Below are positions 26,442 through 36,649 of a DNA stretch of 64,000 bases, in pieces. This DNA comes from Candidatus Obscuribacteraceae bacterium (GTDB lineage Bacteria > Cyanobacteriota > Vampirovibrionia > Obscuribacterales > Obscuribacteraceae), in assembly GCA_044226015.1 (NCBI GenBank), contig JBGAHS010000002.1:1203435-1267434 (forward strand), written 5' to 3'. Made by a program: the position numbers and the translations under genes. Under the pieces are notes generated by a model, which was not told where the DNA came from, did not search any database, and worked only from the letters and a program-made list of their open reading frames with translations. Within the stretch, counting starts at the first letter, position 1. The number at the start of each line of letters is the position of its first letter.

Positions 26442-27334
26442 TGAAATTCAAAATCATAACTAACCTGATTCTTGCCAGCTTCATTGCTTGTGCTTTTCCA
26501 GTCAACTCAAACGCAAATCAACTTTCGCTAGGAAAAGAGTCCAAAGTCCCGGGCACAATCATGATTCCAGTGGTCAGCTTCAGTAGCCTGAACGGCATTA
26601 CGATTGAAGACCTTTATAAAAAACGCAGTGAAGCAGTTTTCAAATATAAGCAATTACTATCAGACACTTACGAACCATCCGATTCAATTTTTGGTTCTTG
26701 CGAATCAAAGAAACCCTGGTGGGGAACCTGGGGAATGTACGTCTACAGGCAAGGACAGCGTGCAATAGTCGGTCCTTCTAAAGAATCAATCTACCTCTTC
26801 AATCCCTTTAGATTGGTCTCCGCAGAGCAACACAGCGTTGGTTTATGGGACCCACGTTCGCTCTCTGATGCGGACCTCAGAGACCCTAAATTCCCTTTTG
26901 TCTGGGAGTCAGGTCCTGTTTTGTTCAACCCAAAATTGCGTACAGCGCAAGTCTGGTACAACGTCTCAAAGTTCAATAATCAATTGCTTGAATATCAGAA
27001 AAACATGCGGGTTCATTTAACGAGCATAAATGGATTTAGCCTTATTGCATACAACGCCAGAGACTTTGGCCTCAACTACATTTACATGGACCCTATTAAG
27101 AGTATAAACATGCGACGCTGGCGCGCACAGGCAGTCCCAATTACCCAGTTTCTGCACTGCGGTGGCTCCTGTGGTTACCCCGGCGGTTGCAACAACATGA
27201 GCCCATTTATAGAAGAACTCGACAAAAACAGTTTCCGCAAACTCCCTGCCAGAGCCTATTTGAAGCTATGGTCTATTGAACCGGAAACTGTTAGTAATCC
27301 TCCAGATTTTACCTACATCATTGATTTCAAATAG
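26438..27334 (+). CDS. Exported hypothetical protein with HCGGSCGYPGGCNNMSP motif
   Basis: Signal peptide; overlaps upstream stop; Cys/His cluster. Confidence 0.7.
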   Translation: MMKFKIITNLILASFIACAFPVNSNANQLSLGKESKVPGTIMIPVVSFSSLNGITIEDLYKKRSEAVFKYKQLLSDTYEPSDSIFGSCESKKPWWGTWGMYVYRQGQRAIVGPSKESIYLFNPFRLVSAEQHSVGLWDPRSLSDADLRDPKFPFVWESGPVLFNPKLRTAQVWYNVSKFNNQLLEYQKNMRVHLTSINGFSLIAYNARDFGLNYIYMDPIKSINMRRWRAQAVPITQFLHCGGSCGYPGGCNNMSPFIEELDKNSFRKLPARAYLKLWSIEPETVSNPPDFTYIIDFK

Positions 27335-27416
27335 CTTTGAACATTGTGTAATTTAGAGATTGATTGCTGTGATGGTGATGGTATAAACCGATAAACGTCA
27401 TAAGTTTGGAGAAAAA

Positions 27417-28346
27417 ATGAGCGAAGAAACCGCAGCAGAAAGCTCCCCAGCAAATAACTATTTTGGCTTGCCCGAAGAATTTTCAAGCCCAGAAAACTCG
27501 CGTGTAGCCATCGTCCCTTGTCCATACGAAGCAACGACGAGTTATGGCAAGGGAACTGCAAATGGTCCCGCGGCCATCTTGGAGGCGAGCCAGCAGGTTG
27601 AGCTCTTCGATGATGAACTCTGGGTCGAGCCACATGTTGTAGGTATTCAAACCTGTAGTCCAGTTATCATGGATGCGCAAACTGCAGAAATGGAGAATCC
27701 ATTCTTGCAGTTACAAGAAGCTGTAGCACCACTGGTCGAGTTCAACAAATTTCCGATAATTCTCGGTGGCGAGCATTCACTCACGCTGGGCGCAGTTAAA
27801 GCGTGCCTTGGACGATATCCCGACCTTTCGATTCTCCAAGTTGACGCCCACGCAGACCTTCGCAAATCGTATGAGGATAAGGATTATAGCCACGCGTGCG
27901 TTAGCTATCATCTCTACAAAACTCTGCCGCAACCTAACATTACCCAAGTAGGTATTCGCAATATTAGCAAGGGCGAAGCTGAATGGATGGAAGAAGAACA
28001 GCCCAACATCCACATCTTCTGGGCACGCCATCAAGAAAAATGGAATTTTTCGGAAATCATCTCGACCTTATCTGACAATGTCTATCTCACAATCGATGTC
28101 GACGGACTTGATTCAGCTTTGATGCCTGCAACAGGAACACCAGAGCCCGGCGGCATGAACTGGTATCAATTGATGGACCTCATCAAACAACTCTGCATTC
28201 GTAAAAATGTTGTTGCTGCAGACATCGTAGAGTATGCCCCTATCGATAACTTTCACGCTCCCTCGTTTCTTTGCGCAAAGCTTATCTATAAAATAATAGG
28301 CTACCGCTTTGCTCTAGACCTCGGAGTGACGAAAAAATATCTGTAA
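27417..28346 (+). CDS. speB: Agmatinase (ureohydrolase family)
   Basis: GGEHS, DAHADL, DVDGLD, PATGTPEPGG. Confidence 0.9.
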   Translation: MSEETAAESSPANNYFGLPEEFSSPENSRVAIVPCPYEATTSYGKGTANGPAAILEASQQVELFDDELWVEPHVVGIQTCSPVIMDAQTAEMENPFLQLQEAVAPLVEFNKFPIILGGEHSLTLGAVKACLGRYPDLSILQVDAHADLRKSYEDKDYSHACVSYHLYKTLPQPNITQVGIRNISKGEAEWMEEEQPNIHIFWARHQEKWNFSEIISTLSDNVYLTIDVDGLDSALMPATGTPEPGGMNWYQLMDLIKQLCIRKNVVAADIVEYAPIDNFHAPSFLCAKLIYKIIGYRFALDLGVTKKYL

Positions 28347-28569
28347 ATGAAAGACCGCAGCTTTCGCCGCGGTCTTCAAAATTTGTGCTTCTCAGGTTTT
28401 CACCTTTGAATATTGCTTCCTCCATCGATTGCTACCCACCCCAGGCAGCTCTCTAGGATTTTGAAACAGCCACTGCCAGGTTGAGTACACCACACCCCTG
28501 ATGTATTTCGTCCTGTCAGTTGCTCTGACAAACGTCTATATACGAGTAATTCAAAATTTGGACAAGAAT

Positions 28570-29040
28570 ATGGAAATTTTGGAACTCCACAGTTTAATGC
28601 AAGAAACTCTTGCCGAAGCAAAACGCTGCGAAATGGACGTGCCGGTTGGAGCCATCATCGTCAAAGACGGGGAAATAATTTCACGCGGCTTTAATCAAAG
28701 AGAGCAATTAAACGACCCCATTGGTCACGCAGAAATCATAGCCATAAAACAGGCTGCCCTGAAACTGGGAAGCTGGCGCCTCAGTGGTTGCATCCTGTTT
28801 TGCACGCTAGAGCCCTGCCCAATGTGTGCCGAAGCAGCAATACAAAGCCGCATTAGCAAGATTGTGTTTTCAGCTTACGACCCTGTTGCGGGCGCTGCAG
28901 GAACAGTGTTCAATCTGTTCGCAAATAGAAAGGCTTTACCAACACCAGAGTTGATTGGTGGCATACTGGAAAAAGAAGGAGTCGCGTTGCTAAAAGATTT
29001 TTTCGAGCAACGAAGAAAAGAAAATGATGCCAAAAAGTAA
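28570..29040 (+). CDS. tadA: tRNA adenosine(34) deaminase
   Basis: VPVGA, DPIGHAE, WRL, TLEPCPMCA, LLKDFF. Confidence 0.88.
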   Translation: MEILELHSLMQETLAEAKRCEMDVPVGAIIVKDGEIISRGFNQREQLNDPIGHAEIIAIKQAALKLGSWRLSGCILFCTLEPCPMCAEAAIQSRISKIVFSAYDPVAGAAGTVFNLFANRKALPTPELIGGILEKEGVALLKDFFEQRRKENDAKK

Positions 29041-30694
29041 ACCGCCAGTTTTCCTCCTCAGCCTTCTGGTTTGCCTGATTGCCAGCCCGAAGACGATTAG
29101 CGCGGAAGGGCTTCCTGAGGCTAAGCCCAAGAAACAGATTAGCTACGCAAATGATCTGCTGGCGCTTCGTCCAGACGAATCCATACGCCATCTCTGCGCT
29201 CCCTTAAATGAGGCTTTGAGGAAGTCTGATTTCAAACTCGCAGCAAACATCATGCGCTGTATTGCACTCTCATTCAGATTCGACGAAAACGATAGAGCCG
29301 CTTGCCAGGCAGCTTTAATGGCAACAAGGTTAGATCCGAACAACGCTCTGGCAGAGTTTCAGGCTGCAGAATATTTGAACAGAAACGGAGAACAAACACT
29401 CAGCGAGAGCATCCTCGAAAAGATTGCAGAGGGCAAAGATGAGCGCCTGGCTCTTCGAGCCTCAGCGTTTCTAGCGCATCAGAAGGGTTACACCGGAAAA
29501 GCAATGGAACTGATGCAGCGCTACCTGGAGAAGTATCCAGATGATCAACGGACATTGCTGCGCCTTTGCTACATCTATCAAAACATCGACGATCGCGATG
29601 ATGCTGCCATTTCGTACAAACGCTTAGCAGAACTCAGTGACACTGAATACTTGCGCCAGATTTACCTCGGCAGAGCAGCAGAAGTAGAAAACAAACTAAA
29701 CGATGCCATCAAGGCATATCAAAAAGCAGGAAACTTCCTTCCTTACGACCCCCTCTGGCACTCACAGCTCGCAGCAATATTTTTGAAACAGCAGAAATTG
29801 AAAGAAGCAGATTATCAATTGAAACAATGCTTTGAATGCAGCAGATTACTGAGCAGCGCATATTCCAACTGGGCAGTAAAAGAATCCTTCTTCGGTAGCT
29901 CTAAGCAAGCCCATCAAGCTATCGCTTACATTCAAGAATTACGACCAAATGCCAGCGAGATTTGGCTGGTAAATGGAATTATTTTGGAGCGAGAGAACCG
30001 CAGCAAAGAAGCAGTTGAGTCCTTTCGCAAATCACTAAGCTTGAATTGCCACAACAGTTCTGTCTACCAACATCTCTTGCAAGCAGCAGAGTTTTCCGCT
30101 AGCACAAAACGCAAAGAACTCTGCAAACAGTGGGTTGACGCCTGCCCAAGCTCAGGACTAGCTGCAATCGAATTGGCAAATGCAATTGCCAGAGAGAATG
30201 ATCCCGCAGCAACCCGGAAAGCATATGAGAAAGCCCGAGATCTCGTTCGGAACAGACGCCCCCCGTCCGATCCCAACTACAGAATCGCAATCTGCAAAAT
30301 GCGCGCACAACTGTCTGTAATCTATTACAAGAACAAAGAGAAGGAATCTGCACTGGAAGAAGCAAAGGCTTTCAATTCATTGCGACCAGAATCTGCTGCG
30401 AACATGGGGATGCGTCCTCCAAAAATAGATCTCAGCAAAATTAAAGACAAGGAACTAAAAGCAGCTGAGCATGCCCTTCTAGCCGATGTGCTCAGTGAAA
30501 CCAGAGATCTGAATGATGCTGAAAAAGAATACCGCGAAGCAATAAAGCAAGACCCCAACGACAGCATGTATCATTCCTGCCTTCTGAAAGTTCTGCTAGA
30601 CAAAAAAGATTTCGCCGCAGCTGCCGCTGAAGATGCAAAAGTAAGTCACCAAATTGTGAGTCATGTGGGTGACATCTTCAGCAAGAAGAAATGA
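29024..30694 (+). CDS. Exported TPR-repeat protein
   Basis: Signal peptide; multiple TPRs (e.g. AEKEYREAIKQDPND). Confidence 0.8.
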   Translation: MMPKSKPPVFLLSLLVCLIASPKTISAEGLPEAKPKKQISYANDLLALRPDESIRHLCAPLNEALRKSDFKLAANIMRCIALSFRFDENDRAACQAALMATRLDPNNALAEFQAAEYLNRNGEQTLSESILEKIAEGKDERLALRASAFLAHQKGYTGKAMELMQRYLEKYPDDQRTLLRLCYIYQNIDDRDDAAISYKRLAELSDTEYLRQIYLGRAAEVENKLNDAIKAYQKAGNFLPYDPLWHSQLAAIFLKQQKLKEADYQLKQCFECSRLLSSAYSNWAVKESFFGSSKQAHQAIAYIQELRPNASEIWLVNGIILERENRSKEAVESFRKSLSLNCHNSSVYQHLLQAAEFSASTKRKELCKQWVDACPSSGLAAIELANAIARENDPAATRKAYEKARDLVRNRRPPSDPNYRIAICKMRAQLSVIYYKNKEKESALEEAKAFNSLRPESAANMGMRPPKIDLSKIKDKELKAAEHALLADVLSETRDLNDAEKEYREAIKQDPNDSMYHSCLLKVLLDKKDFAAAAAEDAKVSHQIVSHVGDIFSKKK

Positions 30695-30962
30695 AGCTTA
30701 GTTCCTTGCAGAGGCTCACGCGAAGTCCATATCCACCAAATTGACGAAATTACGAAGACCTCTTTTAAATCTAATACGCAGCCTGGCTCGTAGCGCCTGC
30801 GTCCTACGCTAGGCTGCGAGTATTCCAGGTTCCCCTTACTCTTTTGGAGACTAACCCGTAGATTAGCCTCACTCAAACGCGATTGAGTCCACGCAACTTC
30901 CCCTGGAGGAAGCCGCGATCGCGCATCCTCGGACTTAGGTCCACATCTTGGAAGGGTTTACT

Positions 30963-31727
30963 ATGCTACGCCCAATTTCCGTTGTTGACTGGGATGCATG
31001 CCGACTCCCACACTACGACCGCGAAGCCCTGCTGTTAGCCTTCAAGAATGTCGAGCTAGACATCGGAGACGAACACGGCACTCCTGCAGAAGTTGTTGCG
31101 CGCTACGATTCCGCATTCAAACTTCAGCAAGAGCACAAGTTTACGGAGGCTGTTGAGCTTTACCGCCAGGTAGAGGAACTAGCGCAAGCCAGTGGCAATC
31201 CGGTTCTGGCAATGATGGCGCAACACCAGCGCTTTGTTTGCACCCAGACTGGACACATGCTCATCCGCGAGCTGGCATTGCTCATCAACTACCTCCCCAC
31301 TCTCTACGAAGAACTCGAAGCACCAACAGCTCATGCCATGCGGCTGACGGTCGCCATGAAAGAATTCGAGTCCCTCGTCCGCAGCAATCACATGCTTCTC
31401 AAAGCTCAGGAGCAAGGACGCTACGCCAGAACTCGACTCTCTGCCATCGAAGAGATGATTGCCGAGTGTTCGTTCGAACGTGCAGAGAATTTCGCTCGGG
31501 AAACCGCCCGTGTGCTCGCCGAATCACTCGGCGAAGACCACTGGTGGCGAGCTATTCTCTTGCTCAAGCAAGCAGAGTGCTTGAAAGCACTGAACAAGCT
31601 CGAAGAAGCCCGCGCAGTCCTCAAGGTCTGCGACATGATTTTTGCTGAATGGTGCTGCTCTGAAGAGCACATTCTCTTTCCCTACGTGCGTCAATTCGTG
31701 GTGCTGAGCCGCTCGGTTGGCGCTTGA
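30963..31727 (+). CDS. Helical TPR-like hypothetical protein
   Basis: LGEDHW..LLKQAECLKALNKLEEA resembles kinesin-light-chain-type TPR. Confidence 0.6.
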   Translation: MLRPISVVDWDACRLPHYDREALLLAFKNVELDIGDEHGTPAEVVARYDSAFKLQQEHKFTEAVELYRQVEELAQASGNPVLAMMAQHQRFVCTQTGHMLIRELALLINYLPTLYEELEAPTAHAMRLTVAMKEFESLVRSNHMLLKAQEQGRYARTRLSAIEEMIAECSFERAENFARETARVLAESLGEDHWWRAILLLKQAECLKALNKLEEARAVLKVCDMIFAEWCCSEEHILFPYVRQFVVLSRSVGA

Positions 31728-31770
31728 TTCCCACTTACAAACATCATCACTTGACTGGAGAAATCTAGAA

Positions 31771-31944
31771 ATGTCGAAAGACAAAAACGAAGAAACGAAG
31801 CAGGACCCTCGCGAACAGCAACCCAGCGCTCCCGCCAACTCGGGAACGTCGGCGAGCGACGCGAAACCTGCCGACAGCCCGAAGCCCAGCGACAGCCGCC
31901 CTGACTGGCTCGGATGCGGACCTACCGGTTTCGGTGGCTGCTAA
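31771..31944 (+). CDS. 57-aa disordered peptide ending DWLGCGPTGFGGC
   Basis: RBS ggag upstream of ATG 31771; codon style matches neighbouring accessory genes. Confidence 0.5.
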   Translation: MSKDKNEETKQDPREQQPSAPANSGTSASDAKPADSPKPSDSRPDWLGCGPTGFGGC

Positions 31945-32071
31945 TTCGCTTGCCTGATTAACGCATATTGGTGCAAGAGTGTTCTTTGCACCGATTCTTC
32001 AACGACCTTGGGGGTCTAGGTACAGCCCGCGTGTGGCTGTATCTAGCCCCTTTCTTGCTAAGGAAATTTCA

Positions 32072-32371
32072 ATGAATCCTGCCCTTTCACTCCTGGTTTA
32101 TTCGGTCGCGCTCGCCGTCATTGCTGGCTTTGGATACCTGTGGTACCAGACCACTCCGACGAAGGGTTCTGGCTGGACGCTGTTCGCCTGCATCTTCGTC
32201 TCCGTCTGCATGAAATCACCAGCAGACATTTTCGTCAGCACCTTCGTTTACGGCATCATGAGCGTTGGCTTCGGCGTGGGCTGGTATCAGACACGAAACA
32301 TCAAAGACAGCGGCTGGCTTTTAGCGGCCTCCATCCTCTCGGCTCTGACGCTGGTCGATAAACTGTTCTAA
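32072..32371 (+). CDS. Small 4-TM protein with internal duplication
   Basis: GFGYLWYQT..KGSGWTL versus GFGVGWYQT..KDSGWLL. Confidence 0.7.
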   Translation: MNPALSLLVYSVALAVIAGFGYLWYQTTPTKGSGWTLFACIFVSVCMKSPADIFVSTFVYGIMSVGFGVGWYQTRNIKDSGWLLAASILSALTLVDKLF

Positions 32372-32409
32372 TTTGTTTGAGTCAGCACGGTGCTGCTGAC
32401 AGCTTGATT

Positions 32410-32451
32410 ACAGAGTGGCGTAGAACTTACCTTCTACGCCACTCTGTTTTT
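32410..32451 (+). terminator. Intrinsic terminator
   Basis: acagagtggcgtagaa...ttctacgccactctgt followed by tttt. Confidence 0.75.
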
Positions 32452-32567
32452 GCTACGGCTTTTCAATTTAGCATCATTCTACTATGGCATATCGTTGTAA
32501 ATCAAAAAAAGGAAGCGGAGGCCGAAACCCATGCACATGGCATGGGCTCGACCTCCGCGACAGGCGC

Positions 32568-33230
32568 TCACTTCTTCACGCCGGCTCCAGGATAGGCTAC
32601 ATCCTTGTAGTTACCCCAAATCCAGACGCTGCCAGAGCCGTCCGCAGCCTCTCCTTGCAGGTGCTTGCCCACGGGGATGGACGAACTCAGCTCAAGCTGG
32701 TAGACAGCAGTGTCGCCCTCGTAGAGAGTGACCTTGCTCGTACCCTTCTCCACCTTACCACCCTTCAGCGAGCGGACAACGACGTTTCCGCACACGCGGA
32801 TAACCTCGCTGCCGTCAGCAGGGAAGAGCAGCACCGATTGCGCGTCGGTACTGAAGTTGCGAACCTGCCAGGTTCCAACAACCTTGCTGCCGCTGTAGAG
32901 CGTCACTTCGTAACGCTTTTCCGAAGCAACAGGCTTCCACGACTTGTGCTTCACCACCCAGGTGCCACGGGCGTTGCCGGTCTGGCTCGGAGCGCCCTTC
33001 TCCTTGCCCTTCACCTCGTAGGTGATTGAGTCGGAGTCGGCGGCAGCGGAGTAGGAGTCGGCAGTCACAGTAGGCTGTGCAACACCATCCTGGTAGACGG
33101 TGATTTCATAGCCGGTGGCAGCCTTCGGAGGGTCCTTCTTGGTGTCATCTTTGCCCCACCAGTTGCAACCGCTCAGCGTGACGCAGAGAACAGCAGCAAC
33201 AAGGACAGACATTACTCGATTCAGATTCAT
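32568..33230 (-). CDS. Lipoprotein with three ~55-aa beta-rich repeats
   Basis: LSGC lipobox; YEITVYQDG / YEVTLYSGS / SKVTLYEGD, each ending G.(W/V/Y). Confidence 0.75.
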   Translation of the reverse strand: MNLNRVMSVLVAAVLCVTLSGCNWWGKDDTKKDPPKAATGYEITVYQDGVAQPTVTADSYSAAADSDSITYEVKGKEKGAPSQTGNARGTWVVKHKSWKPVASEKRYEVTLYSGSKVVGTWQVRNFSTDAQSVLLFPADGSEVIRVCGNVVVRSLKGGKVEKGTSKVTLYEGDTAVYQLELSSSIPVGKHLQGEAADGSGSVWIWGNYKDVAYPGAGVKK

Positions 33231-33460
33231 GGTTTTCTCACTTGTGTGTTGGGGCTAACGCCCATTCGTCGAACATGTAGAAGCGCAGCGAAATTGCATT
33301 TCCGCTAGAACAGCAGGTCAAATCCGCACAGAAGCTCTGAGGGAAAGGGGGAGTGAAACTGGAAGGTGGATTGCGACTTGTGCGGGAATCTGACCTGGAT
33401 GTTCAAAAGAAAAAAGAGACAAACTCAACTTAGCGCCCCGGGGTGTGCAGAATCAGCCTC

Positions 33461-33490
33461 TGGACCCTGGGTGGATTTAAATTGGATCTA
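33461..33490. promoter_or_regulatory. Candidate operator: TGGAYY x3 at an exact 11-bp period
   Basis: tggacc 33461, tggatt 33472, tggatc 33483 in a divergent intergenic region. Confidence 0.3.
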
Positions 33491-33871
33491 AAGGACATTC
33501 AGCAGGTCTAGCCCAAACCTCAGCCAGAAAGGCTCTCTGGCAGCTAAGTCCCAGAGTTGCAGCCATAAATTCAACGCTGGCGAAGCTACCGCGAGCGCTG
33601 CCATAAGATTACTGCCATACAAACAAGCCTCAATCCGCCAAACCTGCACTGGGCCAGGACTGAGTAAACATGAACAGAGTTCCTGCCTTGAGTGGATCTA
33701 ACAAAATTCGAAGCTCTAAAATCCTGCTATCACTCTTCTTCACCCCAATCAGGTCCGTCCAAACCAAAGCTAAGCCTCTCCCGATTTACAGCTAAACAAG
33801 TGTTCAGACGGAACATTGGGATTTTGCGTTGCAGAAGAAGAAAGAAACGAACTATCACAGTGGAGGTCAGA

Positions 33872-34636
33872 ATGAGACAATCACTCTCCGGCTACTTGCT
33901 CGCTAAAGGAGCTTCCTTGCTGACGAGCAAACTGAGTCATGAATCGTTCAGCAAATCAAGCATGCTGGTTCTCTCAGCTCACAAGGGACTGTTCTGGGTT
34001 GAACTCATCAAGCTCGGAAATGTATACGAAGCTAGCACAGGCACAAAGCACTTCCAATCGACTGACGAAGATGAGATCATCCAGCTCATCCTCAATCAAT
34101 GTTTTGAGGAACTTCGCCTCCTCGAACACACCGACCTCTCCGAGCGATATGACATCGCACTGGTCGCCACCACCAATGATGGCAGCCCGCCCCAGGTCAC
34201 TGTCATGCGGATGGGTCAGGACGGAAACCTTCAATACTCCGGAATCTACGGAACTGAGCGGCAACTTATTCGACAAGCGGTGGCGATTGTCGAGCGACAA
34301 ATCGAGCAACAGAGCATCGAGTTCGGAGACATTCTCGTCAAGGATGATGCAGGCAAATCGATTTGCGTCCGCATCTGCGCCGAAAGTGCCTACAGCACTG
34401 ACTACGATCTCTTCGCCGGCGGCGGGTCGACGTTCTACACCAAGGGCACAGGCAAAGACCTGAGCAATTCCGTCGACACCTTTCTTGCCTACTATTTCGC
34501 CAGCGCAAAACGTTTGCAGCTGCGTGTCACCGCCGATGATATCACTGACAGACGAAAGCGCGCGCTAGATTTACAGGCAGATTCCGATCACGGAGTCGAA
34601 TTCAAGGCACCCCTGGTCTTCGATCCTCCTGTTTAG
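33872..34636 (+). CDS. Hypothetical protein
   Basis: RBS ggagg before ATG 33872; followed by a terminator. Confidence 0.65.
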   Translation: MRQSLSGYLLAKGASLLTSKLSHESFSKSSMLVLSAHKGLFWVELIKLGNVYEASTGTKHFQSTDEDEIIQLILNQCFEELRLLEHTDLSERYDIALVATTNDGSPPQVTVMRMGQDGNLQYSGIYGTERQLIRQAVAIVERQIEQQSIEFGDILVKDDAGKSICVRICAESAYSTDYDLFAGGGSTFYTKGTGKDLSNSVDTFLAYYFASAKRLQLRVTADDITDRRKRALDLQADSDHGVEFKAPLVFDPPV

Positions 34637-34641
34637 CAGCT

Positions 34642-34685
34642 GGCGGGGGAGTATTGGCAATCGCCTCTACTCCCCCGCCTTTTTA
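34642..34685 (+). terminator. Intrinsic terminator
   Basis: ggcgggggagta...tactcccccgcc followed by ttttt. Confidence 0.7.
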
Positions 34686-34946
34686 CTTTTAAAGCCTGAT
34701 CAAATAAACACAAATTTTTTCAAGCCAAGCTACTACACCTTATCGTTTAGCCAAGATTGGGCGCTGCAGCTCAGCCGCTGAAATCAGAACCTTTCGCCGC
34801 ACGACGGGTACATTTTTTCCACAACTCTTGCTTATTATTCATCTACCAGCCCAATCAACCCGATCCTGAAAACACCTCGCGCAATCCCAGATTCTCGAGG
34901 TGTTTTCTTTTCTACTTTTCTTGCGCAAGTTTTTGCTTTTCAAAAT

Positions 34947-35399
34947 TCAGCATGCTTGCGGGAAAGTGCTTGTGAAAACTGGCAATTCGCCAGCGTGCAT
35001 TGGATTGATGCGTTCAGACTCAAGAACAGTGAAATAGAACTCTGTAATCCCTATGCATAAGCAATCGCCAGATGACAGAGAGAAACGCTCCCGGTCGACT
35101 TTTCTTCCGTTAACCCTTGTGCCGTTCTTACTGCAAAGATCAATGATGAAGAAGGATCCATTCTCGAAAGTGATGCTTGCATGTTGACGTGACACAGTTC
35201 TATCGTCGTTTAGAACAAAATCGTTTTCTAAACCACGACCAAGCGTTGTTGTGAATCTCGACAAACTATATTCATGGCCTGTTCGGCGTTCGACCAAAAA
35301 GGCAACACAATGTACATCGGTTTCTTGAATGAGCATGATTAGTAAGGTTCCTTCGAAAGCCAAAATCTGTAGGAAGTTCCCCAGTGACTCCGATGTCAA
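34947..35399 (-). CDS. FHA domain protein
   Basis: LGRG..ND, VSRQHA, DLCSKNGTRVNG, GDCLCIG. Confidence 0.85.
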   Translation of the reverse strand: MTSESLGNFLQILAFEGTLLIMLIQETDVHCVAFLVERRTGHEYSLSRFTTTLGRGLENDFVLNDDRTVSRQHASITFENGSFFIIDLCSKNGTRVNGRKVDRERFSLSSGDCLCIGITEFYFTVLESERINPMHAGELPVFTSTFPQAC

Positions 35400-35500
35400 G
35401 AATACAAGTTATGAGATACGCTTAAAATGGCTAAACGCACTGGCTGAAATGTGGAATTATGCAAGCAGCGACCAAACTTTGGGTTCCGGACACGAACTGA

Positions 35501-36649
35501 ATGACAACGGCAGACTCATTGACCAAAAGACCAGTGCTGGCAGCAATTGTGGCAGCTGTGTTTGTTGCTTTGATTGTCTGGCTGGTCGTAAAACAATTCG
35601 AAGGCTTTGAAGCAAACGTTTTTCAACGTCTGATAACTGCATTTGGTGCAACGGATGTAAAAATCGACATAGCGTCACTACGGCACATGTCCTTAAATGC
35701 CAAAGCCGCAACGAGCGCAGGTTTTCTCCTATTTGCCATCGCCTCGATCTGGGCCGGTTTTAAGTTAGCCACCTTCGCTCGAATTATTGTGGGCATCCAG
35801 CTTTTCGTTATGAGCCTTATCTATCAATGGGCACTGTGGAATCTGTTTGGAATAACAGGGCACCCACTTGGCTACTCATTCACAGTTCTAATTGGCTGCA
35901 TTTCGGGCGCAGGGCTCAGACAAATTGAACTCGCCAGAAGAGAGAGCGAAGCACGATATTACGAACTCAAATTGCGAAATAAAGAATTGAAGGAAACGAG
36001 GCTAAGCCTGGTCAAACAAGACGAAGTAGAACGCCGCATGCTCGCCGCTGACCTGCATGACCAGGTTCTAAATGACATGAAACAACTTGTGCAGCGCTTC
36101 GAAAATTATGTCGAAAACGCTGAAGACAGAGAATCGCTTGACAAAGTACGTACGCTTTCAAACAAAGTCATGGGCGAAATTAGAGAGGTAATGGAAAGCC
36201 TCTGCCCATCAGTGCTCGAACATCTTGGCATGGCTGCGGCAATCGAAGATTGCTTGAGAAAAGGTGGTGAGAGATCGGGGTTCAAAGTTCGCTTTCGAAA
36301 TAAAATCGACTCCGACGAATTCAAGTGCCTATCTATCGTTGAGCAATCTCTTGTCTATCGTTTGGTGCAAGAATCGATAACCAACACTTGCAAACATGCA
36401 AACGCAGGTACGGTTCGCGTAACTATTGAAAAAATTGATTCATCACTTTTAATCACTATAAACGACGATGGGAAGGGGCTTGACCCCGCTAAAGCAAGGT
36501 CTGATTCTCGCGGATTGAAATACATGCGCTTGAGAGCTGACCTCATCGGTGCAACAATAGCGTGGAAACAAGGTGACAATGACAAGGGCACCAAAGTTGA
36601 GATACGCTTAGATTTGACGGGCAGGCAGGCGGTGCAAAGCGATGACTAA
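35501..36649 (+). CDS. Membrane sensor histidine kinase (HisKA_3/NarX-like)
   Basis: About 4 TM; ERRMLAADLHD H-box, QESITNTCKHA N-box, DDGKG, GTKV. Confidence 0.9.
   Translation: MTTADSLTKRPVLAAIVAAVFVALIVWLVVKQFEGFEANVFQRLITAFGATDVKIDIASLRHMSLNAKAATSAGFLLFAIASIWAGFKLATFARIIVGIQLFVMSLIYQWALWNLFGITGHPLGYSFTVLIGCISGAGLRQIELARRESEARYYELKLRNKELKETRLSLVKQDEVERRMLAADLHDQVLNDMKQLVQRFENYVENAEDRESLDKVRTLSNKVMGEIREVMESLCPSVLEHLGMAAAIEDCLRKGGERSGFKVRFRNKIDSDEFKCLSIVEQSLVYRLVQESITNTCKHANAGTVRVTIEKIDSSLLITINDDGKGLDPAKARSDSRGLKYMRLRADLIGATIAWKQGDNDKGTKVEIRLDLTGRQAVQSDD

Noticed and set aside
28570..29040. tadA as part of a Tad pilus locus
   Set aside because: Name coincidence; the motifs are those of the tRNA deaminase, not the pilus ATPase
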